A stretch of 64,000 nucleotides of DNA. Source: Desulfosudaceae bacterium. Lineage in GTDB: Bacteria > Desulfobacterota > Desulfobacteria > Desulfobacterales > Desulfosudaceae. How positions within the stretch are numbered: the first letter of the stretch is position 1; every line of letters begins with the position of its first letter. The DNA lies in the NCBI GenBank assembly GCA_963674745.2, contig CAXXDV010000001.1:1376001-1440000 (forward strand), given 5' to 3'. The position numbers and the translations under genes were made by a program. The notes under the pieces were generated by a model. That model did no database searches, was not told the origin of the DNA, and saw only the letters and a list, made by a program, of their open reading frames with translations. Shown here piece by piece: positions 1-10,157 of the stretch.

Positions 1-44
1 AAAAACAGGTTTTTTTCGCGCATAACCGTTATTAATAAACAAGG

Positions 45-1565
45 ATGTCCTTTCTGATGCGGCTTTTTAAGTTCGACAAACTGTTGAGCGACAGCTTTGC
101 CGATGATCCGGAAAATATCCCCCTGCACAAACGCCCATCCATCAGTATCCGGGCCAAGCTGGCGGTTTCTTTCGCGCTTTTTTTCTTTTTATCGTTTACG
201 GTTGCTGTCTGGTCTTACCTGATCCTGACTAAGTTCGAGAAAAAAATAGATTTTTTAGAAATTTCAGACAGTTACCTGGTGGAAATTCAGCAGGCGCGAA
301 GGTTTGAAAAAAATTATCTCTTGTATGGAACCAACCTGGACGACGCCCTTTCGCATCTTGAAACAGCAGAAGGGATCCTGGACCACAATACCAAAAAGAT
401 CCAGACCATTTTAGGCAAAGAGCATTTCAGTACCATGGTTTCGCTGATGTCGGCCTACCGCGAACAGCTGATCCTGCTGGGTAAAACCAATCATAAGGTG
501 GCCAAGGAGTTGATAGAGCAGAACCTGCGCGGGTTCGGCGGCCAGATGGTCTCCTTTGCCGAAGAGTTTGTCGAAAAAGAGCAGCGATCCGCCGCCCGGA
601 TGCTGCTGCTGGCCAAACGTGTCCCCATGTACTTCATGTTTGTTTTGTTTCTGTTAATGCTGTTCGTTGTCTATTTTTTAACCCGGCAGCTTCTGCTGAC
701 CTTAAACCGGTTCATGGAATACACCCGCCGGATCGGCGAGGGGGATTTTTCACCGATCCAGCCGGCCCGTAAATACAAGGATGAGTTTACCAAACTGGCC
801 GAAGCCTTTAATCACATGATTAAAGAGCTGGATTACCGGCATAAGGTGCTGCTGGAGTCCCACAAGCTCCGGGCCATCGGTACCCTGGTGGCGGGTGTGG
901 CCCACGAACTCAACAATCCGCTGAACAACACCATGTTGACGGCATCCATGCTGCTTGAAGATCTGGAGACGCTTTCCGATGAAGAAAAAACAGAGATGAT
1001 CAATGACGTCATCAGTGAAACCGAAAGGGCCCGGAGTGTTGTGAAAAACCTGCTGGATTTTGCCCGGGAAGGCGAAACCCGGCTACGACCGCTGGAAATT
1101 GACAAACTTGTCGAGGATTCGGCGCGCCTGGTGGCCAACCAGGTCCGGTTCGCCAAGGTGTCGCTGTCGGTGTCAACCGAGTCCAACCTGCCTTCTGTTC
1201 ATGCCGACGAACAGAAGCTCAAACAGGTGTTTGTCAATTTGATATTAAATGCCGTGGACGTACTGCCGCCGGGTGGAGAAATCAACGTTAATGTTAAAAA
1301 AGATCAGGCGCCCGGTTATGTCCAGGTCACGGTTCAGGATAACGGTCCGGGTATTCCCGAACACATCCAGGGCCGGATTTTCGAGCCCTTTTTTTCGACC
1401 AAAGGGCATAAGGGCACCGGCCTGGGGCTGTCGGTTTCCCGGGGAATCATCAAAAAACTGGGGGGCTATATTTATATAACGAGCAGTCCCGACGAAGGCA
1501 CGACCTTCACGGTTTCGTTGCCCGCAACCGATTCACCAGCGGAAATCATGTCCAAAACCTCATGA
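45..1565 (+). CDS. Membrane sensor histidine kinase (2 TM, HAMP, HisKA, HATPase)
   Basis: H-box AHELNNPLN, N-box NLILNAVD, G1 DNGPGI, F-box FEPFFSTK, G2 GTGLGL; HAMP motif DEFTKLAEAFNHM. Confidence 0.95.
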   Translation: MSFLMRLFKFDKLLSDSFADDPENIPLHKRPSISIRAKLAVSFALFFFLSFTVAVWSYLILTKFEKKIDFLEISDSYLVEIQQARRFEKNYLLYGTNLDDALSHLETAEGILDHNTKKIQTILGKEHFSTMVSLMSAYREQLILLGKTNHKVAKELIEQNLRGFGGQMVSFAEEFVEKEQRSAARMLLLAKRVPMYFMFVLFLLMLFVVYFLTRQLLLTLNRFMEYTRRIGEGDFSPIQPARKYKDEFTKLAEAFNHMIKELDYRHKVLLESHKLRAIGTLVAGVAHELNNPLNNTMLTASMLLEDLETLSDEEKTEMINDVISETERARSVVKNLLDFAREGETRLRPLEIDKLVEDSARLVANQVRFAKVSLSVSTESNLPSVHADEQKLKQVFVNLILNAVDVLPPGGEINVNVKKDQAPGYVQVTVQDNGPGIPEHIQGRIFEPFFSTKGHKGTGLGLSVSRGIIKKLGGYIYITSSPDEGTTFTVSLPATDSPAEIMSKTS

Positions 1566-1614
1566 CACGGTTTTGACAAGCCCCTACCTGATTGCAGGCC
1601 ATATGAATGTGGAC

Positions 1615-1759
1615 GTAGGGGCAACCCCCTGTGGTTGCCCTATTACCGGTCAGGCACGGGGGCCTGCCCCTACATTGTTCATGAACGCCCTCCACGACCT
1701 GTAGGGGCAACCCCCTGTGGTTGCCCTTCCACCGGGGCGGCCACAGGGGGCCGCCCTAC
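1615..1759. repeat. REP-like palindrome cluster (two GTAG...CTAC doublets)
   Basis: GTAGGGGCAACCCCCTGTGGTTGCCCT at 1615 and 1701, each followed by an inverted partner ending CCCTAC; related doublet at about 53801-53857. Confidence 0.8.
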
Positions 1760-1827
1760 AACATACGCGAGCCGCCGGCGACATAACAAAAGAGTAAAAA
1801 TCAATTCGTGAAATATCCGGTCTAAAC

Positions 1828-1872
1828 AGACAGAAAAAGGCGCCGTTTCACCACCGGCGCCTTTTTCTGTCT
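1828..1872. terminator. Bidirectional intrinsic terminator
   Basis: Perfect 18-bp stem AGACAGAAAAAGGCGCCG/CGGCGCCTTTTTCTGTCT between convergent genes. Confidence 0.85.
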
Positions 1873-1900
1873 TTGTTTTATTATGCGTTACAAGCTTTTT

Positions 1901-2626
1901 TTAATAAGCATAAGCGATGCTGATGCCGCCAAACACGTCTGTGTCAACCAGGTCTTCGAGCAGCACGTCATCATCCAGGGTGTCGACATAAGTAATGCTG
2001 GCACCCAGGCTTAACGCATCGGTAACCGCGTATGAAAGACCCAGTGAGCAGGACAGGTCGAACAAACCGCCGTCGGTTCCGCCATATGCTTCGGCAAAGT
2101 CTTTATCAGCGTAACCGGCCGCGGCGGAAATTTCCATGCCCAGGCAGTCGCTCAGGTCAATGCCGTAAGAGAGGTAAACATTGCCGTATAAGCCCTCAAC
2201 CTCGTCAAAATCATAGTAAGCGGTGGCGCCACAGGCCAGGCCGCCGGCAATAGGGACACCGAAATCAAGATAAACTTCACGGGTACCGGCGCCTCCTGCG
2301 GGAAAGAGGTATTCGATATATCCGATACCGATTGAGACCGGTTCAAGGTCGAAGCCATAGGAAAGGGTCAGGTCGACCTCGGAAAACTCCCTGTCATCAA
2401 GGGTGTCGTCATAGTCGTCAATATCATAGTTGGTCCAGACATTAATGCCGAAACCGCCTTTGGCCACATCAATGCTGGGCTGGGCCACCAGGCCGTCATT
2501 AAAGGTAATACCCCTCCAGACATAAGCCGAGTTTACATCAACCGCTGCCGTGGCGTCAGCCGCCACTGCCGAACCGCCGGCCATTAAAACCAGAACCAGT
2601 GCCAGACCGCAAATTAATTTTTTCAT
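1901..2626 (-). CDS. Outer-membrane beta-barrel protein, TorF/TIGR02001-like putative porin
   Basis: Signal peptide, S-x-YVWRG motif, EVDLTLSY, C-terminal aromatic (YAY). Confidence 0.8.
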   Translation of the reverse strand: MKKLICGLALVLVLMAGGSAVAADATAAVDVNSAYVWRGITFNDGLVAQPSIDVAKGGFGINVWTNYDIDDYDDTLDDREFSEVDLTLSYGFDLEPVSIGIGYIEYLFPAGGAGTREVYLDFGVPIAGGLACGATAYYDFDEVEGLYGNVYLSYGIDLSDCLGMEISAAAGYADKDFAEAYGGTDGGLFDLSCSLGLSYAVTDALSLGASITYVDTLDDDVLLEDLVDTDVFGGISIAYAY

Positions 2627-2763
2627 GATGTTTCATCCTCCTGAGAATAATTTATGATTTTGAATGCCGTACCTTCTAAACTGTTTAGACGCACGCCTGT
2701 TTTTAGCCGTTCAAATTTGTTCTCCATGCGTTAATTCCTCATCCAATGTTTTCTGATAAATAA

Positions 2764-2780
2764 AGCAGGTTGCGTGCCAA
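2764..2780 (-). promoter_or_regulatory. Sigma54 -24/-12 promoter for the porin gene
   Basis: Minus strand TTGGCACGCAACCTGCT gives GG-N10-GC with TGGCACG consensus. Confidence 0.75.
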
Positions 2781-2874
2781 ACATGAAAAAAAGCGATTGT
2801 GTTCTTTTATCTCCTTTTGTTTCGGGCCCTTATGGCCTTCGGTGGCGAATGGGTCCGGGCACTTTCGAAAAACA

Positions 2875-2925
2875 AATAAATACAATTTTGTTGTTGGCGT
2901 GTTTAATAAATACAATTTTGTTGTT
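2875..2925. promoter_or_regulatory. Tandem 21-bp direct repeat, probable activator binding sites
   Basis: AATAAATACAATTTTGTTGTT at 2875 and 2905 (30-bp period), about 100-145 bp upstream of the sigma54 promoter. Confidence 0.55.
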
Positions 2926-3036
2926 ATGGCCGTGCTTTTCTAAAAAGCCAGGGGGGCAGCATCAGCGCCTTTGTGGCTGGTGCCGCTGTTGCTATTGGTG
3001 TTATTTGTAAAACATTTGTCATTTCAGGCCTTTTCA

Positions 3037-3065
3037 TTGACACTTCGCTGCGGTTTTCATAGCTT
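3037..3065 (+). promoter_or_regulatory. Sigma70-type promoter
   Basis: TTGACA-17 bp-TAGCTT upstream of the radical SAM gene. Confidence 0.55.
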
Positions 3066-3157
3066 CAAGCACTTGTAGCAGCCAGCAAAAACCGAATTGA
3101 TGCCTGATAACAGTCCCAAACAACCGGACGTCCCGGGAACCGGAAAAGGAGATTAAT

Positions 3158-5212
3158 ATGAAAAAACCACGCATGTTGCTGCTTGGCATGCCCGGAGCCG
3201 ATTCCAGCTTTTACGAAATGAACATTGCGCAACTTCCCCAGGGGCCTCGGCTCCATTTCATGGAATGGTTGTTCAACGCCCTGGACATGTCATCCACCAA
3301 CCGTCGCAGAATACGCATGGCGTTGAAGCTTGAAAACATATTCAATCCTTCACGTCAGACACCTTACATGGGCATGCGGCTGATCGAGTACAATCTCCGA
3401 GACGATTTGGATATTTCCCTGGTTGAGTATCCGAAAAGCGACCGCTGGATCGTGAATCATTTAAAAAAGAACCCGGATATTTCCATAGTGGGCATCGGCA
3501 TCGGCTGCGAGAACCGGGTCTATCATGCCAAAAAACTGTGCGCCGGGATCCGCCGGCAAAGACCGGATATCAAAATTATTCTGGGCAGCTACGGCGCATC
3601 GTCGGGCAAGAAGCTGGGCGTTCTGACACCTCAGGACGGTACTGTTTTGTGGGATTCGGAAGAAGAGCGGGAGGCCAAGAAGAAGCAGGGCCGGGATTTT
3701 TACAAGGGAGAAGGGGTACACGATATCCGCCTGTGGCTTCGCGACGAAGCCGGTATCGATGCCGGTGACCCAAACCTGCCGCTGGTTTCTGAAGCGATTC
3801 CCGATTCGGGCAGCACCTCGTCAAGTGGCTGGAAACAACGGCTCAAGGGGGCACTGGGTTTTGTGACCATGCCCAAGGACTCCCACAAACTGGTCAGCGC
3901 CATCGGGTGTTCCAATAAATGCGGATTCTGCAACACCAGCAAGATGTTCAACCGTGAAAAGACCTATCTGTATCAGAATGCGGCCAGAATTTTTGAGCCC
4001 ATGGAGACCGTGTACGACAGAAACGCGGCCCGATCCGACTATCCGCCGGAAGCCACATTTTTTCTGATGGATGAAAATTTTATGAAAGATGAAAAGGTGA
4101 TGTCGGCCGGCGGCATGATCAATTTCCTGGATACGGCCAAAGAGCTTTGCGGTTATATCGAACAGTCAGGGAAAAATATCCACTTCGGTACTTTTTCCGA
4201 TATCAAGAGCCTCGTTAACGTCAGGGAAAAAGACGGTGATTTTAAATCGCTGGTGCGCGGCGGCTTGACCTCGATCTGGATCGGTATTGAATCCCGGGGG
4301 GATGTGTTTGACAAACGCGGCGATGCTACTCCGGAGACAGTAAAAAGCATTGTCGATGAACTGCAGCGCCTGGGCGTTGTTGTCATTGGTTCGTTTATCC
4401 CGGGCCTGTACTATCATACCGAAGGCGATACCCGTATCTTTGATGATGAAGTTCGGGTGAAGGAAGAGATCAGAAGTTCTGGTGATCTCACGCCCGACCA
4501 GGTTGACGCCCGGTTTGCCGAGTTGAAGAAAATGCGGGAAAAAAACGGAAAATTTGACCGGCTCAATATCTGGGAGGATTTTGAGTGGTGGAAGAGCCTG
4601 CGCACCGGCGCCCGCCAGGTAATGTCCCACAGCATCACCGGAATCGTGGGAAAACACACGCACATGTTCCGGTTCTCAGACTATCAGTTCGGTCATAAGT
4701 TTATTCCCGGTTACAATGAGTCTCAGATAGACGGTCGGCGGCTGGAAGAGATTGACGAAACCATGCGGGAAGGGTTTTACCGCGAAAACGGCCCGGTGGC
4801 CCTGTCTTCTCTGCTGGTCATGTGGCAGGGATTCATGAACCTGAAGGATTCGGACAATGACGCCGAGGTCCGGGCCGCGACGTTCAACTACTGGATGGTG
4901 CGGCGCAACATTCAGCGCGTCATGCTGGCCTCGTTTGTGTTCAATGACCGGATTTTCACCACCTGTTCAGATACGTTTTTAAACCGCCTGGCAAGAATGT
5001 TTCATGAAGTGGGCCTGTACACGCCGCCTGACACGGCCATCCACCGCAAGTACCTGGCGGTTTTTAATATGTATGACAAAATGAACAGCCCCCGTTCCAA
5101 GGCGATTGCCCGCAAGATGGCGGCCGCTTTTATCCGGCGCCACGGAATTGAAGAACGGCGACAGGAGGTCTCCGAAGATCGACCCAAAGCTGTGATTTCT
5201 TCCGCCGCGTGA
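3158..5212 (+). CDS. Radical SAM protein with probable N-terminal B12-binding-like domain
   Basis: CxxxCxxC (GCSNKCGFC), MDENF, IWIGIES, VIGSFIPG; N-terminal Rossmann-like segment IVGIG...PDIKIILGSYGA; RBS AAGGAG. Confidence 0.8.
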   Translation: MKKPRMLLLGMPGADSSFYEMNIAQLPQGPRLHFMEWLFNALDMSSTNRRRIRMALKLENIFNPSRQTPYMGMRLIEYNLRDDLDISLVEYPKSDRWIVNHLKKNPDISIVGIGIGCENRVYHAKKLCAGIRRQRPDIKIILGSYGASSGKKLGVLTPQDGTVLWDSEEEREAKKKQGRDFYKGEGVHDIRLWLRDEAGIDAGDPNLPLVSEAIPDSGSTSSSGWKQRLKGALGFVTMPKDSHKLVSAIGCSNKCGFCNTSKMFNREKTYLYQNAARIFEPMETVYDRNAARSDYPPEATFFLMDENFMKDEKVMSAGGMINFLDTAKELCGYIEQSGKNIHFGTFSDIKSLVNVREKDGDFKSLVRGGLTSIWIGIESRGDVFDKRGDATPETVKSIVDELQRLGVVVIGSFIPGLYYHTEGDTRIFDDEVRVKEEIRSSGDLTPDQVDARFAELKKMREKNGKFDRLNIWEDFEWWKSLRTGARQVMSHSITGIVGKHTHMFRFSDYQFGHKFIPGYNESQIDGRRLEEIDETMREGFYRENGPVALSSLLVMWQGFMNLKDSDNDAEVRAATFNYWMVRRNIQRVMLASFVFNDRIFTTCSDTFLNRLARMFHEVGLYTPPDTAIHRKYLAVFNMYDKMNSPRSKAIARKMAAAFIRRHGIEERRQEVSEDRPKAVISSAA

Positions 5213-5336
5213 TGCTTTGAAGGCGGGATTGAAACTTGATACACTTTTAAATAGTCGAAATTTGGATGGCAAAGTAAAAAGCCCAAGATCAAGGCGCGCA
5301 AGTCCTGAGGAATGCAGCGTAATGTTCTGAAAGCGG

Positions 5337-5459
5337 CCCTGATTTCAAATCAAAGATGATCTCAAGGCGGCCAGGAGGAGGCGACGCAGGCGTATATCTA
5401 ATACGCCGAGGAGCCGATGAAGCAGCTAACGCAGAGAGCGCTTTGATTTGGAATCAGGG
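5337..5459. mobile_element. MITE-like element (123 bp)
   Basis: 19-bp terminal inverted repeats CCCTGATT(T/C)CAAATCAAAG with 1 mismatch and an internal GGCGTA/TACGCC hairpin; abuts the nqrF stop. Confidence 0.6.
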
Positions 5460-6674
5460 TCAGAATTTGTCGTAGGCAATCATTTCAGGCTCCACCCCCA
5501 GATCGTCGAGCATTTTTTCAATGGAGGAGATCATGGGCGGCGGTCCGCAGAGGTAAAATTCGATTTCCGTTGGATCTTCGTGACTTTTTAGATATTCTTC
5601 ATAGAGGCACTGGTGAATATAACCGGTCAGCCCCTGCCAGTTGTCTTCGGGCTGGGGATCAGACAGGGCCACATGATAGGTAAAGTTTTCGTATTTTTCG
5701 GCCAGTTCGCGGAATTCGTCATCATAAAACATCTCCTGCCATGACCGGGCGCCATACCAGAAAGAGATTTTTCTGTTTGTGTTTAATCCGTTCAGCTGGT
5801 GCAGAATATGGGATCGCATGGGTGCCATGCCGGCACCACCGCCCACGAAACACATTTCGCGATCACTCTCTTCAGCGATAAAATCACCGTAAGGACCGCT
5901 GAGGGTGATTTTATCGCCGGGCTTTAAGTTAAAGACAAATGAAGAACCCAGGCCGGGGGGGATGCCGTCTTTTCCGGGGGGCGGTGTGGCAATACGAACC
6001 GTAAACCGCAGCTGCTTTTCATAGGGCGGGTTGGCCAGGGAATAGGCCCGGAAAATCGGCTCGTCCGCGACCACGCAAAGGTCCAGAAAGTTAAATTGTT
6101 CCCAGGTCGACAGGTAACGGTCGGCCACATCAAAGCTGGTATAGCAGACGTCGTATTCAGGCACATCGATCTGCATGTACTGACCGGCTTTAAAATTAAC
6201 CGTTTCGTTATTATCCAGCGCTACCACCAGTTCCTTGATAAAGGTGGAAACGTTTTTGTTGGATACGACAGTGCCGAGATATTTTTTAATGCTGAAAATA
6301 TATTCGGGGATATGAATGCTCATATCCTCCCTGACTTTCAGCTGGCAGGCCAGACGGATATTGTCCAGTTTTTCCTGGCGGGTCAGATGGTTCAGTTCCG
6401 TGGGCTGAATGTCGCCGCCGCCCGAAGCCACCCGACACCGGCACTGTCCGCAGGAGCCGCCGCCGCCGCAGGCGGACGGCAGGTAAATCTTGTTTTCCGA
6501 AAGGGCCGACAGCAATGTCGAGCTCAGCGGTGCCTCGATGGCCCGGTCCGGATCATCGTTGATAACGATCCGGGCACTGCCTTTGGGCGTGACCTTGGCT
6601 TCCAGAAGCAGCAGAAATACCACCAGAGAGAGAATAACGGCTGCAAAAACGCTGAAGCTGGCAATGTAAATCAA
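5460..6674 (-). CDS. nqrF: Na+-translocating NADH:quinone oxidoreductase subunit F
   Basis: 2Fe-2S motif SACGGGGSCGQC, RLACQ, RAYSLAN, GGGAGMAPMRSH, YLCGPP. Confidence 0.96.
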   Translation of the reverse strand: MIYIASFSVFAAVILSLVVFLLLLEAKVTPKGSARIVINDDPDRAIEAPLSSTLLSALSENKIYLPSACGGGGSCGQCRCRVASGGGDIQPTELNHLTRQEKLDNIRLACQLKVREDMSIHIPEYIFSIKKYLGTVVSNKNVSTFIKELVVALDNNETVNFKAGQYMQIDVPEYDVCYTSFDVADRYLSTWEQFNFLDLCVVADEPIFRAYSLANPPYEKQLRFTVRIATPPPGKDGIPPGLGSSFVFNLKPGDKITLSGPYGDFIAEESDREMCFVGGGAGMAPMRSHILHQLNGLNTNRKISFWYGARSWQEMFYDDEFRELAEKYENFTYHVALSDPQPEDNWQGLTGYIHQCLYEEYLKSHEDPTEIEFYLCGPPPMISSIEKMLDDLGVEPEMIAYDKF

Positions 6675-6741
6675 AACGTTTAACCCTTTTAATCAGCCAT
6701 AACGGATTGTTACGTTGTTTACGCGTTTCAAGGGGGGCTCA

Positions 6742-6831
6742 AACTGTCCACCTGAGCCACCTAAAACCCTTACCCCCCGACCCACATAATCACTTAACCA
6801 CATAATCACCTGAACTTCCAGGTGGACGGTT
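6742..6831. repeat. Small inverted-repeat element in the nqrE-nqrF gap
   Basis: AACTGTCCACCTG...CAGGTGGACGGTT (12/13 inverted match) enclosing duplicated CCACATAATCAC. Confidence 0.5.
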
Positions 6832-6863
6832 ACCTGTCCGTCTGGTCTCGGGCTGTGCCCGGG

Positions 6864-7472
6864 CTATAATGTTATTCCGGAAAACAGCATAAACGCCATG
6901 GCCATCAGACCGGTAACAACCATGGTGATGCCGTATCCATCCAGCCCGGCCGGCACATTGGCATAACGCAGTTTTTTCCGGATGGCGGCCATGGACACGA
7001 TGGCCATCATCCAGCCCACGCCGGAGCCCATCCCGAACACCAGCGACTCCAGAAAGTTATATTCCCGTTCCACCATAAACAGGGACGTGCCTAAAATAGC
7101 GCAATTAACAGCGATCAAGGGCAGAAAAACCCCCAGGGCGGTGTATAACGCCTGGGAATAACGGTCTATGACCATTTCAATGCCCTGCACCATGGCGGCT
7201 ATAACAGCAATAAAAGTGATGAATTTCAGAAAGCTAAGGTCAACCAAAGGCAGTCCCGCCCAGGCCAGGGCACCCGGTGCCAGCAGAAAATGGAAGATCA
7301 GCCAGTTCAATGGCGTCGTCACGGTCAAAACGAAAACCACCGCAAAACCCAGGCCGGTGGCGGTCTGGATGTTTTTCGATACCGCCACAAACGAGCACAT
7401 GCCCAGAAAATAGGCCAGCAGGATATTACCCACAAAGACCGAATTTAAAAATATGCTGATTAAATCTTCCAT
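6864..7472 (-). CDS. nqrE: Na+-NQR subunit E
   Basis: [28 protein letters not shown]. Confidence 0.96.
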   Translation of the reverse strand: MEDLISIFLNSVFVGNILLAYFLGMCSFVAVSKNIQTATGLGFAVVFVLTVTTPLNWLIFHFLLAPGALAWAGLPLVDLSFLKFITFIAVIAAMVQGIEMVIDRYSQALYTALGVFLPLIAVNCAILGTSLFMVEREYNFLESLVFGMGSGVGWMMAIVSMAAIRKKLRYANVPAGLDGYGITMVVTGLMAMAFMLFSGITL

Positions 7473-7474
7473 AA

Positions 7475-8092
7475 TCAGTCTTTCTTAATGGTTTTTTGTA
7501 ACCACACCAGCATGCCGATCAAAATGAACGCCGCCGGCGCCAGCCGCATGAACCCCATGTCTTCATAACCGGCAGCGTAAATCGCCTGAGGAACGATCTG
7601 AAAGCCCATCAGGGTGCCGCCGCCGAACAATTCTCTTACCGCACCGACGATGACCAGCACGGAAGTGTAGCCCAGTCCGTTTCCAAGCCCGTCTAAAAAA
7701 GCCAGGTGGGGCGGATTTCCCAGGGCAAAGGATTCGGCCCGGCCGAGTACAATGCAGTTGGTGATGATCAGCCCCACGAAAACGGACAGCTGTTTGCTGA
7801 TATCGTACATAAACGCTTTTAAAAACTCGTCACATAAAATAACAAGCGTGGAGATAATGGCCAGTTCAACGATGATTCGGATATTCCGGGGGATCAGATT
7901 ACGGAGTGCAGAAATCGTCAGGCTTGAAAACGAGACCACGAAGGTCATGGCCAGCCCCATAACCACGGCCGTCTGAAGCTGGACCGTCACCGCCAGGGCG
8001 GAACAGATCCCCAGCATCTGGATGTTGATGGGATTGTTGGTCCAGACGGATTCGGAAAAAATTTTAAACGATTTGGTTTTGGTCAGTTTCAT
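7475..8092 (-). CDS. nqrD: Na+-NQR subunit D
   Basis: [32 protein letters not shown]. Confidence 0.96.
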   Translation of the reverse strand: MKLTKTKSFKIFSESVWTNNPINIQMLGICSALAVTVQLQTAVVMGLAMTFVVSFSSLTISALRNLIPRNIRIIVELAIISTLVILCDEFLKAFMYDISKQLSVFVGLIITNCIVLGRAESFALGNPPHLAFLDGLGNGLGYTSVLVIVGAVRELFGGGTLMGFQIVPQAIYAAGYEDMGFMRLAPAAFILIGMLVWLQKTIKKD

Positions 8093-8149
8093 TCTCTCTT
8101 TTAGCCATTATTTTTCATGCACTCGTAAAAAGTCAAAATTGGGATGGCA

Positions 8150-8890
8150 TCATTTATCTACCGGACACATGCCCGCTCCCGGCGGCAATTTTTTGAGTTC
8201 ATCCTGTCGGAACCGGATGGATACCGGTTCATACTCCCGTAAAATATCATGCAGGCCCTGGCTCAAGTATTTTCCGGTCAAGGTGGCGCCACTGATGCCG
8301 TCAACATAATTGGCCTGCTTGTTTTTGGCGATTGAATCCTTGACCACCCCCTTGGCGATTGATACGGCCACAAATTCATTGGCCTGATCGACAATTTTCT
8401 TGCCCACAAAGTTCTGCCCGAACCATTGTTTTTCAATTTCGCCGCCCAGCCCCGGGGTTTCAGAGTGTTTATATACCGTAAAGCCGGAAATCGTCCGGCC
8501 GTCCCTGTCAAGGGCCAGGTAGCCTTTGATGTCTCCCCAGAGACCTTTGGTATTAATGGGTATGATATAATTGTCAATGACCTGGTCGGCATTAATGTTT
8601 AAATAAACAGGCAGTTCCTGGACGTTGGCCGTTTCCAGGGGCAATTGTTGGCCCTCGGGCGAAACCCGGAGGCAGCGGATGTGGTCGGCGAACAACCGAT
8701 CGATCTCTTCTGCGGGGTAGTGCCTGCCGGATTCAATCAGGCCGACGGATTTTAACACATTCATCTGCCGGTCGACCCGGACGTTCTGACGCTGGTATTT
8801 CCGCAGGCCCACGGATGCCCCGGTCAGTGTAATGCTGCACACCAGGCACAGGATCAGGGCAAATAATAATGATTTGATCGAATCAGCCAT
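8150..8890 (-). CDS. nqrC: Na+-NQR subunit C
   Basis: KGLWG, ETPGLGGEI, FMN attachment motif VDGISGATLT. Confidence 0.95.
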   Translation of the reverse strand: MADSIKSLLFALILCLVCSITLTGASVGLRKYQRQNVRVDRQMNVLKSVGLIESGRHYPAEEIDRLFADHIRCLRVSPEGQQLPLETANVQELPVYLNINADQVIDNYIIPINTKGLWGDIKGYLALDRDGRTISGFTVYKHSETPGLGGEIEKQWFGQNFVGKKIVDQANEFVAVSIAKGVVKDSIAKNKQANYVDGISGATLTGKYLSQGLHDILREYEPVSIRFRQDELKKLPPGAGMCPVDK

Positions 8891-8912
8891 AATTGTAGGT
8901 TTTATCTTGTTT

Positions 8913-8960
8913 CGTCATCCCGGCCAGTGGAGCGAAGCGGAACGTGAGCCGGGATCCAGT
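8913..8960. repeat. Palindromic intergenic repeat in the nqrB-nqrC gap
   Basis: GTCATCCCGGC...GAGCCGGGATCCAG stem-loop. Confidence 0.5.
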
Positions 8961-8972
8961 ATAAAATTGATA

Positions 8973-10151
8973 TCATACATTGGGAATTCTCTTTTTCAGT
9001 TGCACGCTTACCGCCACATGATCCAGCAACGGTGAAAACAAATTCATAAATAAAATGGCCAACATTACCCCTTCCGGATAAGCCGGGTTGAATACCCGGA
9101 TCAGCACGGTCAGCACACCGATCAAAAACCCGTAAATCCATTTGACCGATTCCATGCCCGGGGCAGACACCGGATCTGTGGCCATATAAACAATGCCAAA
9201 AGCGAACCCGCCCATGACCAGATGATAAAAGGGGTTTAAGGCGTACCAGGGCGCCGCAATATCCCCGGCAAACAGATTTAACAGCCACCCGGTTGCCAGC
9301 AGGCCGAAGACACCGCCTAAAATGATACGATAACTGGCAATGCCGGTTGCGATCAGAATGGCCGCGCCGATCAGGCAGCACAAAACCGAAGTGCCGCCGA
9401 TACTGCCGGGGTAATGGCCGACAAAAAGCTTGAAAAAAGAAATGTCTGCATTGGCTAGAACCGCCTGTATACTGTCTCCGACCTGGCATAAGGCGGCCAC
9501 GCCCAGCGGTGTGGCGCCGGTGACCGCGTCCGCGCCGCCGGATGAAAGGTGGGCCACCCAGACCGGGTCACCGGACATATGGGCCGGATAGGCAAAAAAC
9601 AGAAAGGCCCGGCCGGTCAGGGCGGGGTTGAAAATATTACGACCGGTTCCCCCGAAAATTTCCTTGCCGATGACGACGCCGAAAGAAATTCCGATAGCGG
9701 CCTGCCACAGTGGCGTGGTGGGCGGCAGTGTCAGCGGAAAGAGCAGGCCGGTCACCAGAAAGCCTTCGCTGATTTCGTGTTTGCGCACCGAGGCAAACAG
9801 CAATTCCCAGAAAAAACCCACCGTATAAGAGACAATAATCAGCGGCATCACCACCCAGAGGCCCCGGGCCATGACGGCAACCAGGTCCAGGGACAGGCCG
9901 GCCGACAGGGATGCCTGGTAACCGGTATTGTAAATACCGAACAGCAGGGGCGGGACAAGGGCGATCAGGACCATGCTCATAAAACGCTTCAAGTCCAGGC
10001 TGTCCCGCACAAACGGCCGCTTGCCGGTGACCAGGCCGGGTATGAAGAAAACCGTCTCCATGGCATTGAACAGCGGCGCCAGCATGGTCAGGCGACCGTT
10101 GGATTGAAAGTGCCGGCGCTGGGCGTCAAATATTTTCTGGATGAATTTCAT
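8973..10151 (-). CDS. nqrB: Na+-NQR subunit B
   Basis: RDSLDLKRFM, GKEIFGGTGRNIFNPAL, FMN site DAVTGATPL, MATDPVSAP. Confidence 0.96.
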   Translation of the reverse strand: MKFIQKIFDAQRRHFQSNGRLTMLAPLFNAMETVFFIPGLVTGKRPFVRDSLDLKRFMSMVLIALVPPLLFGIYNTGYQASLSAGLSLDLVAVMARGLWVVMPLIIVSYTVGFFWELLFASVRKHEISEGFLVTGLLFPLTLPPTTPLWQAAIGISFGVVIGKEIFGGTGRNIFNPALTGRAFLFFAYPAHMSGDPVWVAHLSSGGADAVTGATPLGVAALCQVGDSIQAVLANADISFFKLFVGHYPGSIGGTSVLCCLIGAAILIATGIASYRIILGGVFGLLATGWLLNLFAGDIAAPWYALNPFYHLVMGGFAFGIVYMATDPVSAPGMESVKWIYGFLIGVLTVLIRVFNPAYPEGVMLAILFMNLFSPLLDHVAVSVQLKKRIPNV

Positions 10152-10157
10152 CTTCCG

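Noticed and set aside
3097..3109. TGATGCCTGATAA shared with 51001-51013, or a riboswitch in the radical SAM leader
   Set aside because: A single short match with no supporting structure or known aptamer consensus.
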